Below are positions 10,587 through 19,995 of a DNA stretch of 64,000 nucleotides, piece after piece; within the stretch, counting starts at the first letter, position 1; every line of letters begins with the position of its first letter. Under the pieces are notes generated by a model, which had not been told where the DNA came from, did not search any database, and was given only the letters and a program-made list of their open reading frames with translations. A program made the translations under genes and the position numbers. Origin of the DNA: Oscillospiraceae bacterium (lineage in GTDB: Bacteria > Bacillota > Clostridia > Oscillospirales > Acutalibacteraceae); contig JAVBNH010000006.1 of the NCBI GenBank assembly GCA_031551635.1, positions 11,208 through 75,207 on the forward strand, read 5' to 3'.

Positions 10587-12023
10587 TTATTCCGCATCCT
10601 CAGTTTTTTTAGCAGCCTTTTTCGCTGCCGGCTTCTCAGCTTTTTCTGTCTTTTCGGCTTTGGCAGGCTTAGCCTTTACCGGCTTGGCAGGCTTTTCTTC
10701 CTTTTCGCCGGACGCTACGGTATCCACAGACTCGGCTGCTTCAGGTTTCTCAACTACTGCGGAGCTGACAATCAAATCAATTGCTTTTCTCGTTGAAATA
10801 TCCTTTTTGACATTATCAACAGCAATGATTTCCTTGATTTTTTCGATTTCCATCTTATAAGTATCAGCAAATTTTTCGTATTCAGCTTCAATATCGGCTT
10901 CGCTGACCTCAAAATTTTCTTTTTCAACAATTTTTTCAAGCGCAAGTTCTATTTTAACATTAGAGAGTGCGCTATCGGAATTATTCTCCCTGAAATCCTC
11001 AAGGCTCATGCCGATATATTGCAAATACATCTCGAAGCCTAAGCCCTGGGAACGCATTCTGTATTCCATATCCTGAACAATATTGTCAATAGCCTTCTCG
11101 ACCATGCACTGAGGAATTTCACCCTCTACATTTTCGGCAAGCTTTTCCATCAAAGCATTTTCAAATGCCTTACTCGAGGAGGATTCTTTATTTTTCAGCA
11201 AATCGGTTCTGATGCTTGTCTTAAGCTCGTCAAGGCTGTCAACCTCGCTGACATCCTTAGCGAAATCATCGTCAAGCTCGGGAAGCTCGTCAAACTGAAT
11301 GGAGTTAATTTTAATTTTAAACACGGCGTTTTTACCCGCAAGCTCCTCGGAATACTCTTGAGGGAAGGTTACATCTATATCGAATTCCTCGCCGATATTG
11401 TGAGAAATTATCTGCTCTTCAAAGCCCGGAATAAAACTCCCGGAGCCTATAGTCAAATCAAACTTCTCAGCCTTACCGCCGGCGAAGGGAAGGCCGTCAA
11501 CAAAGCCTTCATAATCAAGATTGACAATGTCCCTGTCCATGACAGCCCTGTCGTCCACGTCGACCCTTCTCGCGCCCTGCTGACGCATATGCTCAAGCTC
11601 GTGCTCAACATCCTCATCAGTAACCGTTGCCTCGACCTTCAAAGCCGAAAGCCCCTTATACTGCCCGAGCTCTATCTCAGGCTTGACTGTAAGAACACAA
11701 GTAAGCTCAACGCCATCCTTGCCGATTGATTTTATATCAAAATCCTTCGGAGAATCGACAACTTTCAGCTCGGCTTCCTTAACCGCGGCTTCGTAGACTG
11801 CCGGAAAAGCATCCTCAAGAGCATCGTCATAAAAAACGTTTTCGCCGTAATATTTTTCGATAAACTTCCTTGTCGCCTTACCTTTTCTGAAGCCGGGAAC
11901 GCTGATTCTATTCTTTTGCTTATTAAATACCTTATTAACGGATGCGTCAAAGGTTTCGCCGTCGATAACAAGCTCGGCTAGATATTCGTTTGCTCCTGTT
12001 TTTTCAATGGATTTAAATGCCAT
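10587..12023 (-). CDS. tig: trigger factor with Lys/Ala/Glu/Pro-rich C-terminal tail
   Basis: Ribosome-binding motif PGFRKGKA, FKBP-type middle domain, in synteny with clpP/clpX. Confidence 0.95.
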   Translation of the reverse strand: MAFKSIEKTGANEYLAELVIDGETFDASVNKVFNKQKNRISVPGFRKGKATRKFIEKYYGENVFYDDALEDAFPAVYEAAVKEAELKVVDSPKDFDIKSIGKDGVELTCVLTVKPEIELGQYKGLSALKVEATVTDEDVEHELEHMRQQGARRVDVDDRAVMDRDIVNLDYEGFVDGLPFAGGKAEKFDLTIGSGSFIPGFEEQIISHNIGEEFDIDVTFPQEYSEELAGKNAVFKIKINSIQFDELPELDDDFAKDVSEVDSLDELKTSIRTDLLKNKESSSSKAFENALMEKLAENVEGEIPQCMVEKAIDNIVQDMEYRMRSQGLGFEMYLQYIGMSLEDFRENNSDSALSNVKIELALEKIVEKENFEVSEADIEAEYEKFADTYKMEIEKIKEIIAVDNVKKDISTRKAIDLIVSSAVVEKPEAAESVDTVASGEKEEKPAKPVKAKPAKAEKTEKAEKPAAKKAAKKTEDAE

Positions 12024-12180
12024 GAATAAACCTCCTCAAAAACATTAAAATAACTTATTAACTGTAGTATTATAGCAGTTTTTTCAATCAATTACCAGTG
12101 AATTTTGCTTTTTTAAGTTTTCGTATATATTGCAATGATTTATGCGTAATAATTTAGCTATTTTGCCGATTTTTTTTAAA

Positions 12181-12867
12181 TCAAACAATCAACTTCGGAC
12201 AAAATTTTAAAAAATCAGATGAAACAAGCGAAAAAACAATTCCGCTGTGCTCAAATTTTTCGTATCTCCCTGTTTTTTCAGCATGCACATGACCAAAGAA
12301 GCACCGCTTGATTTTATATTCCACAAGTACCTCCATAATTTCCTCACAAATCTGCAAATCACTCACAGGCGGATAATGCAGAAAAACAATCAGCTCACGC
12401 TCCAGCTTAAGCCCTTCCTCAATTGAACGCCTGAGCCTTCCGGCTTCGCGGGCAATAACCTTTTCGCTGTTTTCGCTCATATCGTCAAAAAACCAGCCGC
12501 GTGAGCCGCAAACAGCGTAATTTTCCACCTCATAAGCATTATTATAAAGAATTTTTATCGAGTCAAAACCGTTTGCGCTTATAAAATCGTTGATTTTTTT
12601 CATTGTGACCCACCAATAATCGTGGTTACCTTTGAGAAAAATTTTTTTTCCGGGCAGCGAATGCAAAAAAGCAAAATCCGCCTGAGCCTCCTCGATACGC
12701 ATAGCCCATGAGATATCGCCTGGTATAATTACGGTGTCCTTATCGCTCACTACGGCACGCCAATTCTTTTCAAGCCTTGACACATAATCGTCCCAGCCGC
12801 GGAAAATATCCATGGGCTTATCCATCATAAGCGACAAATGCGTGTCACCGATTGCAAAAATTGACAT
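12181..12867 (-). CDS. metallophosphoesterase family protein
   Basis: GDTH, GDISW, GNHDYWW and GHVH motifs. Confidence 0.8.
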   Translation of the reverse strand: MSIFAIGDTHLSLMMDKPMDIFRGWDDYVSRLEKNWRAVVSDKDTVIIPGDISWAMRIEEAQADFAFLHSLPGKKIFLKGNHDYWWVTMKKINDFISANGFDSIKILYNNAYEVENYAVCGSRGWFFDDMSENSEKVIAREAGRLRRSIEEGLKLERELIVFLHYPPVSDLQICEEIMEVLVEYKIKRCFFGHVHAEKTGRYEKFEHSGIVFSLVSSDFLKFCPKLIV

Positions 12868-12959
12868 TATCTCACCTTCTTGAATATTTAGTTTGGCACA
12901 GCAAATAATAATATCATAGCTACATTAATACAATCTATAGATGAAAGGTATGAAATAGA

Positions 12960-13136
12960 ATGAACAGCAAAAAGGAAAATGAAATTCACGGAATCTATTG
13001 TGACGCGGCGAACTGCGTCTACAACAAAAACGAGTGTAAGTGCACAGCCGAAAGCGTTGCGATTGGAACAAAAAACGCGTGCTCCACAACGGAGACTTTG
13101 TGCGGCACATTTACGCTTAGTCCTAATGCGGAATAA
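12960..13136 (+). CDS. small Cys-rich DUF1540-like protein (58 aa)
   Basis: Own translation: MNSKKENEIHGIYCDAANCVYNKNECKCTAESVAIGTKNACSTTETLCGTFTLSPNAE. It shows the DUF1540-style pattern C..C.YN...C.A..I.....C...ET.C.TF. It falls below the 60-aa track cutoff, and the overlapping minus ORF 12925..13110 looks spurious. Confidence 0.6.
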   Translation: MNSKKENEIHGIYCDAANCVYNKNECKCTAESVAIGTKNACSTTETLCGTFTLSPNAE

Positions 13137-13156
13137 TTAACAACTATCTATGGCGC

Positions 13157-13189
13157 ACTAAAACAGCCGGTGAAACACATCGGCTGTTT
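13157..13189. terminator. shared hairpin between convergent DUF1540 gene and thrC
   Basis: 9-bp stem AAACAGCCG / CGGCTGTTT. The T-runs are weak. Confidence 0.4.
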
Positions 13190-13197
13190 AGGTGTGT

Positions 13198-14706
13198 TTA
13201 GTCATTCAAATTCAGTAATCCCAGTACAATTTTGTCCATTTTTTCTTTTTCACATACCTCGTTGAACCTGACTTTTGAGCCCTTCAAAGAGCTTAGCTGC
13301 GAGGGAGCCTTTGTACCGCTCAGTCTTTCGAGATTTTCAAGCATTTCGAAATCATCGGCGTTTTCCTCATTTTCACAAATAGCGCTGAGCACGTCGGCGC
13401 AGAACTTATAGGGCGACGCAGTCGAGGTAATAACAGTCGGGGTTTTGTCGCCGCTCATATTAACATATTGCTCATAAGCGTTTATAGCGACCGCCGTGTG
13501 TGTGTCGCTGAGATATTTTTTATTTGTGAAGGTTTCGCGGATTGTTGTTTTTGTCGTCTCATCATCACAAAACGCCGCGAAAAACTCACTGTCGAGCTGT
13601 TTTTTTACCTTTTCGCTGACTTTATAGCTGCCGTTTTTCGCTAGTGAGTCAAACCAAAAGCATATTTCTTCATCATTTCCGCCGTTCATCAGATATAAGA
13701 GCCGCTCAAGATTGCTTGAAATCAATATATCCATTGAGGGTGAAGCCGTGGCGTAAAATGGACGGTTGCGGTTGTAAACGCCTGTTTTGATAAAATCGGT
13801 GAGGATGTTATTCGCGTTCGACGCGCAAATCAGCTTGTTGACAGGCAGCCCCATCCGCTTTGCGAAATATGCAGCAAGAATATTACCGAAATTGCCGGTG
13901 GGGACATCAAAATTTATTTTGTCGCCTAATTTTATGTCTGTGCTGTTCAGCAAGTCGCAATAAGCGGAAAAATAATATACAATCTGCGGCACAAGCCTTC
14001 CCCAGTTAATCGAGTTCGCGGAGGAAAAACTATAGTTATTTTCGTCAATAAGCTTTTTTATTTTTTCGTCGGTAAATATTTTTTTAACGGCTGTCTGTGC
14101 ATCGTCAAAATTGCCGAAGATGCCGCAAACGCCGACATTGTCACCGCACTGAGTGGTCATCTGGAGCTTTTGCATACTGCTCACGCCTTCGCTCGGGTAA
14201 AAAACAAGGATTTTCGTACCCTCGACATCACTGAAGCCGTCAAGCGCCGCTTTTCCGGTGTCGCCTGAAGTCGCAACGAGGATTATAACCTCTTTTTGCA
14301 GCCCTATTTTTTTCATTGATGCTGTCAACAAATGCGGTAGAATCTGCAAAGCCATATCCTTGAAGGCGCAGGTCGGTCCCCTGAAAAGCTCCAAAATATA
14401 CGCGTTTTCGCTGATTTTTACAAGCGGCACAACCTTTTCATGCGAAAATTTATTTCCTCCGTAGGCTTTTGAAGCGTAGTCCTCCAGCTCCTCAGTGGTG
14501 AAATCCGTCAAAAAGAGTGAGAGTATTTTTACAGCTCGTCCGATATAGTCGAGCTGCGCAAGACTTTTAATAAACTCAGCGTCAACCAATGGTATAGCTT
14601 CAGGCACAAAAAGCCCGCCGTCCTCGGAAATCCCTTGCGAAATCGCCTGAGCGGAGCTGATATGCAAATTTTTATTTCGTGTTGAGGAAAATAACATGGT
14701 TTCCAT
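13198..14706 (-). CDS. thrC: threonine synthase (long form)
   Basis: 502 aa with the PLP-lysine motif PTCAFKDMALQ. Confidence 0.9.
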   Translation of the reverse strand: METMLFSSTRNKNLHISSAQAISQGISEDGGLFVPEAIPLVDAEFIKSLAQLDYIGRAVKILSLFLTDFTTEELEDYASKAYGGNKFSHEKVVPLVKISENAYILELFRGPTCAFKDMALQILPHLLTASMKKIGLQKEVIILVATSGDTGKAALDGFSDVEGTKILVFYPSEGVSSMQKLQMTTQCGDNVGVCGIFGNFDDAQTAVKKIFTDEKIKKLIDENNYSFSSANSINWGRLVPQIVYYFSAYCDLLNSTDIKLGDKINFDVPTGNFGNILAAYFAKRMGLPVNKLICASNANNILTDFIKTGVYNRNRPFYATASPSMDILISSNLERLLYLMNGGNDEEICFWFDSLAKNGSYKVSEKVKKQLDSEFFAAFCDDETTKTTIRETFTNKKYLSDTHTAVAINAYEQYVNMSGDKTPTVITSTASPYKFCADVLSAICENEENADDFEMLENLERLSGTKAPSQLSSLKGSKVRFNEVCEKEKMDKIVLGLLNLND

Positions 14707-14780
14707 CCCCTGTATAAAGATATAGAAAAATCAAAACATTAATTTATTATTATATCAAATATAAATTAAAGTGTCAATTG

Positions 14781-15737
14781 TTAAAGATTCTGTTTATTAC
14801 AAAAAAAATTGTGAGCGTTATTATAAAAAATATCCTCAAGCAGACTTTCAGAAAGACCTTTTTCCCACAAAAAGTTATAAACTGAGGGGATTTTGTCGAT
14901 TCCGCTTATATCCTCATGTGGCTTGCAGCCGTCAAAATCGCAGCCGAATGCAAGTATTTTTTCCGCACCTAACTCCAGCGCGTGAAAAATATGCCTGTAT
15001 ATTGCTTCAAACGGCGAAATATTGCCGTCATGAAGAAAATCACTCACAAAATTTATGCCCATCAAGCCTTTTCGCTCAATAAGACATTTTATTTGACTGT
15101 CATTGAGATTCCTGCGTTTTCCGTATTCGTTATCAGTCAGGTCGCAATTGGAATGGCTCGCAATGAAAGGTTTTTCGGTAAAATCCGCAACATTCCAAAA
15201 GCTTTTTCGGGAAATATGAGAAATATCTATAATCATGCCGAGTTTTTCCATTTCTCGCACAACAGTTTTTCCGAAATCCGTCAGGCCGCAGTCGTCCTTT
15301 GCCCACGCGCCTGAGGCAATTTCGTTCCGGTCGTTCCATGTAAGGGTCACAAGCTTTACACCGCAGTCATGCAGGTGCCAGAGCCCTTCAAGCGTGCCGC
15401 CCGTCGCAGCCGCACCTTCAAGCGCTAAAATCGCTTGAGTTTTATTTTTTCTTTTATTACTGTGCGTACAAAAGTCGCTGATATAAGCAGCGTTTAACTC
15501 CATTTCGGCATTATAAAAAGACACTAGCCTGTCAAAATAGTTGACAGCCGCCTGCCCCCTGAGGGTGTCGTCAATAAAAATCGCAAAAACCTGCGCATAT
15601 TCCTCAAAGCAGGATGCTTTTTCAAGCGATATGTGCAGATTATTACGCCTCAAGCCTTGCCTGGTCTTTTCCGCCTCTGTCAAGGTGTCGCAGTGCAGGT
15701 CAAAAAATTTTAGCTTTTTCCCGTCTTTAAAATCCAT
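14781..15737 (-). CDS. membrane dipeptidase (peptidase M19 family)
   Basis: FDLHCDT, LALEGAA, LTWNDRN and IDISH motifs. Confidence 0.8.
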   Translation of the reverse strand: MDFKDGKKLKFFDLHCDTLTEAEKTRQGLRRNNLHISLEKASCFEEYAQVFAIFIDDTLRGQAAVNYFDRLVSFYNAEMELNAAYISDFCTHSNKRKNKTQAILALEGAAATGGTLEGLWHLHDCGVKLVTLTWNDRNEIASGAWAKDDCGLTDFGKTVVREMEKLGMIIDISHISRKSFWNVADFTEKPFIASHSNCDLTDNEYGKRRNLNDSQIKCLIERKGLMGINFVSDFLHDGNISPFEAIYRHIFHALELGAEKILAFGCDFDGCKPHEDISGIDKIPSVYNFLWEKGLSESLLEDIFYNNAHNFFCNKQNL

Positions 15738-15768
15738 TTTTACCTGCTTTCAATGCTTCTCAGTGACA

Positions 15769-16149
15769 TCAAAAAGCATTTGCAATATGATTTATTCGGA
15801 AGTCGTCACCGCTTATTTTATGCTCGCTGCGCTCAAATATTACTTCAATTATATCAAATTGCGGCTCGGCGATAATTTTATTCGCTGTTATAAACGCCGC
15901 CGCCGCGGTTTTTACCCTCTCGGACTTCGAGCGGTCAACAGCCTCGGCAGGCGAAAAAAGAGTTTCGCCGGTTCGGGATTTTACTTCAACAAAAATATAA
16001 TTGCCGTCCTTGCAAGCGACAATATCAATCTCACCGCCGCGAACAGAGTAATTCGCAGCAATTATTTCATAACCTTTATCTCTGAGCGCGCGTGAAGCCA
16101 AAACCTCGCCCAAAAGCCCGACCCTTCTGCTCTCTTCCATTCTTCTCAA
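15769..16149 (-). CDS. yraN: YraN family endonuclease (UPF0102)
   Basis: 126 aa with GGEIDIVA...FVEVKSR. Overlaps the rnhB stop by 4 nt. Confidence 0.8.
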   Translation of the reverse strand: MRRMEESRRVGLLGEVLASRALRDKGYEIIAANYSVRGGEIDIVACKDGNYIFVEVKSRTGETLFSPAEAVDRSKSERVKTAAAAFITANKIIAEPQFDIIEVIFERSEHKISGDDFRINHIANAF

Positions 16150-16778
16150 CCGTTCATTTTCATGTTATCTTTATCGTTTAATATTTTTCTCAGAAATAAA
16201 CTCCTATGCTCGTCAATAGCACCGAACTTTTTAATCGCGGCTACATGCGCGGCTGTGGCATAACCCTTATGTTTTTCAAAGCCGTAATCGGGGTATCGCA
16301 GAGCAAGCTCACCCATAACCCTGTCACGGCTAACCTTTGCGAGAATCGAAGCTGCAGCTATTGAGACGCATTGACCGTCACCCTTGATGATTGCTTCCTC
16401 GGGAAAAGGTGAACCCGGCTTTTTATTACCGTCAATCAAAATGTAATCGGGTTTCACGCTCATATTATCAATAGCCCTTCTCATCGCGAGAAATGTCGCG
16501 TTTAGAATATTAAAAGCATCAATTTCTCTGACCTCGGCAAAACCAATACCATAGCTTACAGCGTTTAGCGTTATGTAATCAAAAAGACTCTCTCGCTTTT
16601 TTTCGCTGAGCTTTTTTGAATCATTTATGTCACGGTAATCAAAATCATCAGGAAGAATCACGGATGCGGCATAAACAGGTCCAACCAGCGGACCTCTGCC
16701 GGCCTCGTCAACTCCGCAAATATACCTGAAGCCCTGAGTTCTCAGTTCATTCTCACGCGCAAAATCCATCAATACCAC
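16146..16778 (-). CDS. rnhB: ribonuclease HII
   Basis: GVDEAGRGPLVGPV and DSKKLS motifs. Confidence 0.93.
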   Translation of the reverse strand: MVLMDFARENELRTQGFRYICGVDEAGRGPLVGPVYAASVILPDDFDYRDINDSKKLSEKKRESLFDYITLNAVSYGIGFAEVREIDAFNILNATFLAMRRAIDNMSVKPDYILIDGNKKPGSPFPEEAIIKGDGQCVSIAAASILAKVSRDRVMGELALRYPDYGFEKHKGYATAAHVAAIKKFGAIDEHRSLFLRKILNDKDNMKMNG

Positions 16779-17689
16779 ATTTCCTTATATTTTTCCGCGA
16801 TTTTTTCACTTGAAAGCGCATCTGCTGCAATCTGCTTTTTTAACTCCTCAAACGAAACAAATTTTACCTCAGGGCGCAGATACTCAACCAGTCGCACCTC
16901 AACATTCTGAGAGTATAAGTCGCCCGAAAAACCGAGAAGGCAGGTTTCGCTCCTCACTGAATTAGTGCCGACAGTCGGGCGCAGACCTATATTAGTCACT
17001 GAAACATACCATTTTCCATAGGCAAATGCTCGCGAGGCGTAAACCCCATATTTTGGCACCATAAAGCCTTCGGGGAAAAACTGGTTAATCGTAGGCGCGC
17101 CCAGCAGCCGCCCTCTTTTATCGCCGCTGACAACTGTAAAATCATATGAAAATTCCCGCCCTAACATACGGTTCGCGAGAGTGATTTCGCCGTTTTTCAT
17201 CGCGTTTCTAATATTCGTTGAGGAAACATTAATATTGTCAAGCTTTACTTCCTCAGCGACAAAAAGCTCGATACCAACTTCGTCACACAGCTCTCGAAGC
17301 TTTTCAGTATCACCGCTTCTGTTTTTTCCGAATTTGTAATTATATCCGACTGAAATAAAAGCCGCATTCAGCTCATTCAGCAGTATTTCCTTAAAGAAAT
17401 CGCGGTAATCCATATCCTTTGCAAGTACAAAATTTAAAGTGTACAGCTTCACACCGATTTCTTCAAAAAGCCGCTCGCGGATTGCTCCCTCGCAAAGCAG
17501 CTCGGGTACAGGTTTTCCAAGCATTTTCAGTGGGTGAGGCTCAAAAACAACCGCAAGCGGCATAAGCCCCGCGCAAAGTTTTTCAGCTGCCGCTCTCAAA
17601 ACCCTGCGGTGTCCCAAGTGCACACCGTCAAAGTTTCCCAGAGCAACAGCTGTTTTTTTATTTTCATTATTATTTTCCATAACTGTCAA
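16769..17689 (-). CDS. ribF: bifunctional riboflavin kinase / FMN adenylyltransferase
   Basis: GNFDGVHLGH, with a C-terminal riboflavin kinase domain. Confidence 0.93.
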   Translation of the reverse strand: MTVMENNNENKKTAVALGNFDGVHLGHRRVLRAAAEKLCAGLMPLAVVFEPHPLKMLGKPVPELLCEGAIRERLFEEIGVKLYTLNFVLAKDMDYRDFFKEILLNELNAAFISVGYNYKFGKNRSGDTEKLRELCDEVGIELFVAEEVKLDNINVSSTNIRNAMKNGEITLANRMLGREFSYDFTVVSGDKRGRLLGAPTINQFFPEGFMVPKYGVYASRAFAYGKWYVSVTNIGLRPTVGTNSVRSETCLLGFSGDLYSQNVEVRLVEYLRPEVKFVSFEELKKQIAADALSSEKIAEKYKEMWY

Positions 17690-17691
17690 TT

Positions 17692-18582
17692 TTAGCTGTT
17701 CAGAATTCGTATCGGTCTCAAATCTTCAGAGACTTTTTTGTTGATTTCACCGAGCCCGAGAAATCGGTCATCTTGCGAAAAAACCCTGTAAATCCCGTCT
17801 TTAAAAACCGACGGCAGCCTTTTCGTGTCAAGCTCTCCGCCGTTTTGGAAGCGTATGCTCTGAGCGGAGGTTACCGCTATTTTTTTATATGGCGAAAAAA
17901 CCTTTTCAACCGGAATAATAAAATCCTCCGTGAGTCCTTCGCTGAAAGCGGTTCTTATTTCATCGGCGGTTAAGGAATTTTCAAGCGAAAAACCGTTTGA
18001 TTTTGTGCGTATAAGAGCCGTCATGACCGCGCCGCAGCCCAGACTTTCGCCTATGTCGCCAATGAGAGAGCGAATATAAGTACCTTTTGAGCATTCGACA
18101 TGAATTTCAGCCATATTATTCTCAAACGACATAAGCTCAAGGCTCTTTATCTCGACTTCCCTCTCCTCACGCTCAACTTCAATACCCTGACGCGCAAGCT
18201 CATAGAGCCGGACACCGTCCTTGTGAATCGCCGAAAACATCGGCGGAACCTGTTTTATAATACCTCGATAAGCTTTAAGACACTCTTTTAATTCTTCCCG
18301 AGAAACAACAGGCTGCCTTTCAGATAAAACCCTACCGGTAATGTCAAGGGTATCAGTTGTAATTCCGAATTTCAACCGCGCTGTATAAGCCTTGTCGTCA
18401 AAGGGCAGCAGGGAAATAAATCTTGCAGCCTGTCCGAGCGCCAGCGGCAAAACTCCGGTCGCAATGGGGTCAAGTGTACCTGTGTGTCCGATCTTTTTTA
18501 CGCCTAAAATCCTGCGGATTTCGGCAATCGCACCGAAGGAGCTGACATCTATATGCTTATTAAGACAAATAAATCCTGTCAT
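17692..18582 (-). CDS. truB: tRNA pseudouridine(55) synthase
   Basis: GHTGTLDPIATGVL. Confidence 0.95.
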   Translation of the reverse strand: MTGFICLNKHIDVSSFGAIAEIRRILGVKKIGHTGTLDPIATGVLPLALGQAARFISLLPFDDKAYTARLKFGITTDTLDITGRVLSERQPVVSREELKECLKAYRGIIKQVPPMFSAIHKDGVRLYELARQGIEVEREEREVEIKSLELMSFENNMAEIHVECSKGTYIRSLIGDIGESLGCGAVMTALIRTKSNGFSLENSLTADEIRTAFSEGLTEDFIIPVEKVFSPYKKIAVTSAQSIRFQNGGELDTKRLPSVFKDGIYRVFSQDDRFLGLGEINKKVSEDLRPIRILNS

Positions 18583-19550
18583 ACTTTTTTTTCAAGTTCC
18601 TCGCCGATAAAACGAATCAATGTCTCATAAACCTCGTCAATCGGGCAGTCCAGCGAGCAGCCCGCGGCTCTCCTGTGTCCTCCGCCGCCCATTTTCGCGC
18701 ATATATCCGCTGCGTTCGCTGGCGCGTTTGTTCTCACAGAAATTTTATAGGTCTTGCCGTCCTTGCACTCTTTTATTGTTGCGCCGACATAAACACCTTC
18801 AATTTGCCGTGGAATAGCGGTTATCGGGTGAGTTTCACTCTCGTCCGAGCCGCTCTCCTCATACATTTTCTGAGTAATCATAATAATGGCGCATTTGCCG
18901 TCAAAATAGGTCTGCATTGACGACATCGCAAGCGTTTCAAGTGCCGTATAAGTCTTTGTCCGCGTTTCAAAGGTCAGTTTATTGATGACGGAGATATTAA
19001 TCCCCACATCAACCATATCCGCCGCCATCCTGAGGCTTCTTGAGGTGGTATTGGCGTATCTGAAGCAGCCTGTATCGGTTGTGATTCCGACATAAATACT
19101 CCTCGCGATAATTTCGTCCGGCGGTACTTTCATCTCATTTATTATCAGCAGAACGGTCTCAGTGCAAGCCGCCGCTTCAGGCTCAGCCTCAAGGCAGGTA
19201 TAGCTTGCCTCCAGACAGTTTGAGCTGTGGTGGTCAATGCATAAATCAATCCGGCTTCGGTAAAGATTCCGGTATTCCTCATCTCCCAGCAGGGTTATAT
19301 CCGCAATGTCAACAGCTACAATAAAATCTTCCTTGAATTCCTGTACCTCAACACCGTCCGGAATAAAATCAAAAATGTGGGGTATTTTATCCGCGCACTC
19401 AACCCTTGCTTTTTTGCCGAGGATATGTAGCGCGCGGCAAAGAGCATAACCGCACCCTAGCGTATCGCCATCCGGGTTGCTATGAGTAAGAATCAGAATA
19501 TTATTTTGCGACAATAAAATTTCCGCGGCTTTTTTAACGTCTACCCTCAT
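18579..19550 (-). CDS. DHH/DHHA1 phosphoesterase (NrnA-like)
   Basis: DGDTLG, DHH and GGGH motifs, at the conserved position between rbfA and truB. Confidence 0.85.
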   Translation of the reverse strand: MRVDVKKAAEILLSQNNILILTHSNPDGDTLGCGYALCRALHILGKKARVECADKIPHIFDFIPDGVEVQEFKEDFIVAVDIADITLLGDEEYRNLYRSRIDLCIDHHSSNCLEASYTCLEAEPEAAACTETVLLIINEMKVPPDEIIARSIYVGITTDTGCFRYANTTSRSLRMAADMVDVGINISVINKLTFETRTKTYTALETLAMSSMQTYFDGKCAIIMITQKMYEESGSDESETHPITAIPRQIEGVYVGATIKECKDGKTYKISVRTNAPANAADICAKMGGGGHRRAAGCSLDCPIDEVYETLIRFIGEELEKKV

Positions 19551-19599
19551 CAGCCATATACCCCTTTTCTAAAAAATAACACCTTTGCTCAATCCTGCT

Positions 19600-19944
19600 T
19601 TATTTTTCCAGCTTTTTAAACAGCTCAATGCTTCTCTCCACCGAATCATCAGAGATAAATTTAATCTCAGGAGCTTTTCTCAGTTTCAGCCGTGACGACA
19701 GCTCTCTCTTAAAAAGCCCTGATGCACCTGTAAGCACCTTCACGGCGTTTCCGGCATCCTCAATCCCCTTCAAGGAGCTTATATAAACCTTGGCAAAGGA
19801 GAGGTCGCCGGTTATTTCGATTCTGACAACAGTAAGCATATTTTCATGAAGCCTCGGGTCTTTCAGCTCCCGGACAATAGCGGAAATTTCTCTTTTTATA
19901 TCCTCCGCGGTTCTGTTGCTTTTAAACTGAGGCAATTCTATCAC
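19600..19944 (-). CDS. rbfA: ribosome-binding factor A
   Basis: 114 aa, immediately downstream of infB. Confidence 0.9.
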   Translation of the reverse strand: MIELPQFKSNRTAEDIKREISAIVRELKDPRLHENMLTVVRIEITGDLSFAKVYISSLKGIEDAGNAVKVLTGASGLFKRELSSRLKLRKAPEIKFISDDSVERSIELFKKLEK

Positions 19945-19995
19945 AAATCCTTCTATTTATTTCTTTAACCAATATATTAATTGAAAAATATTTTT

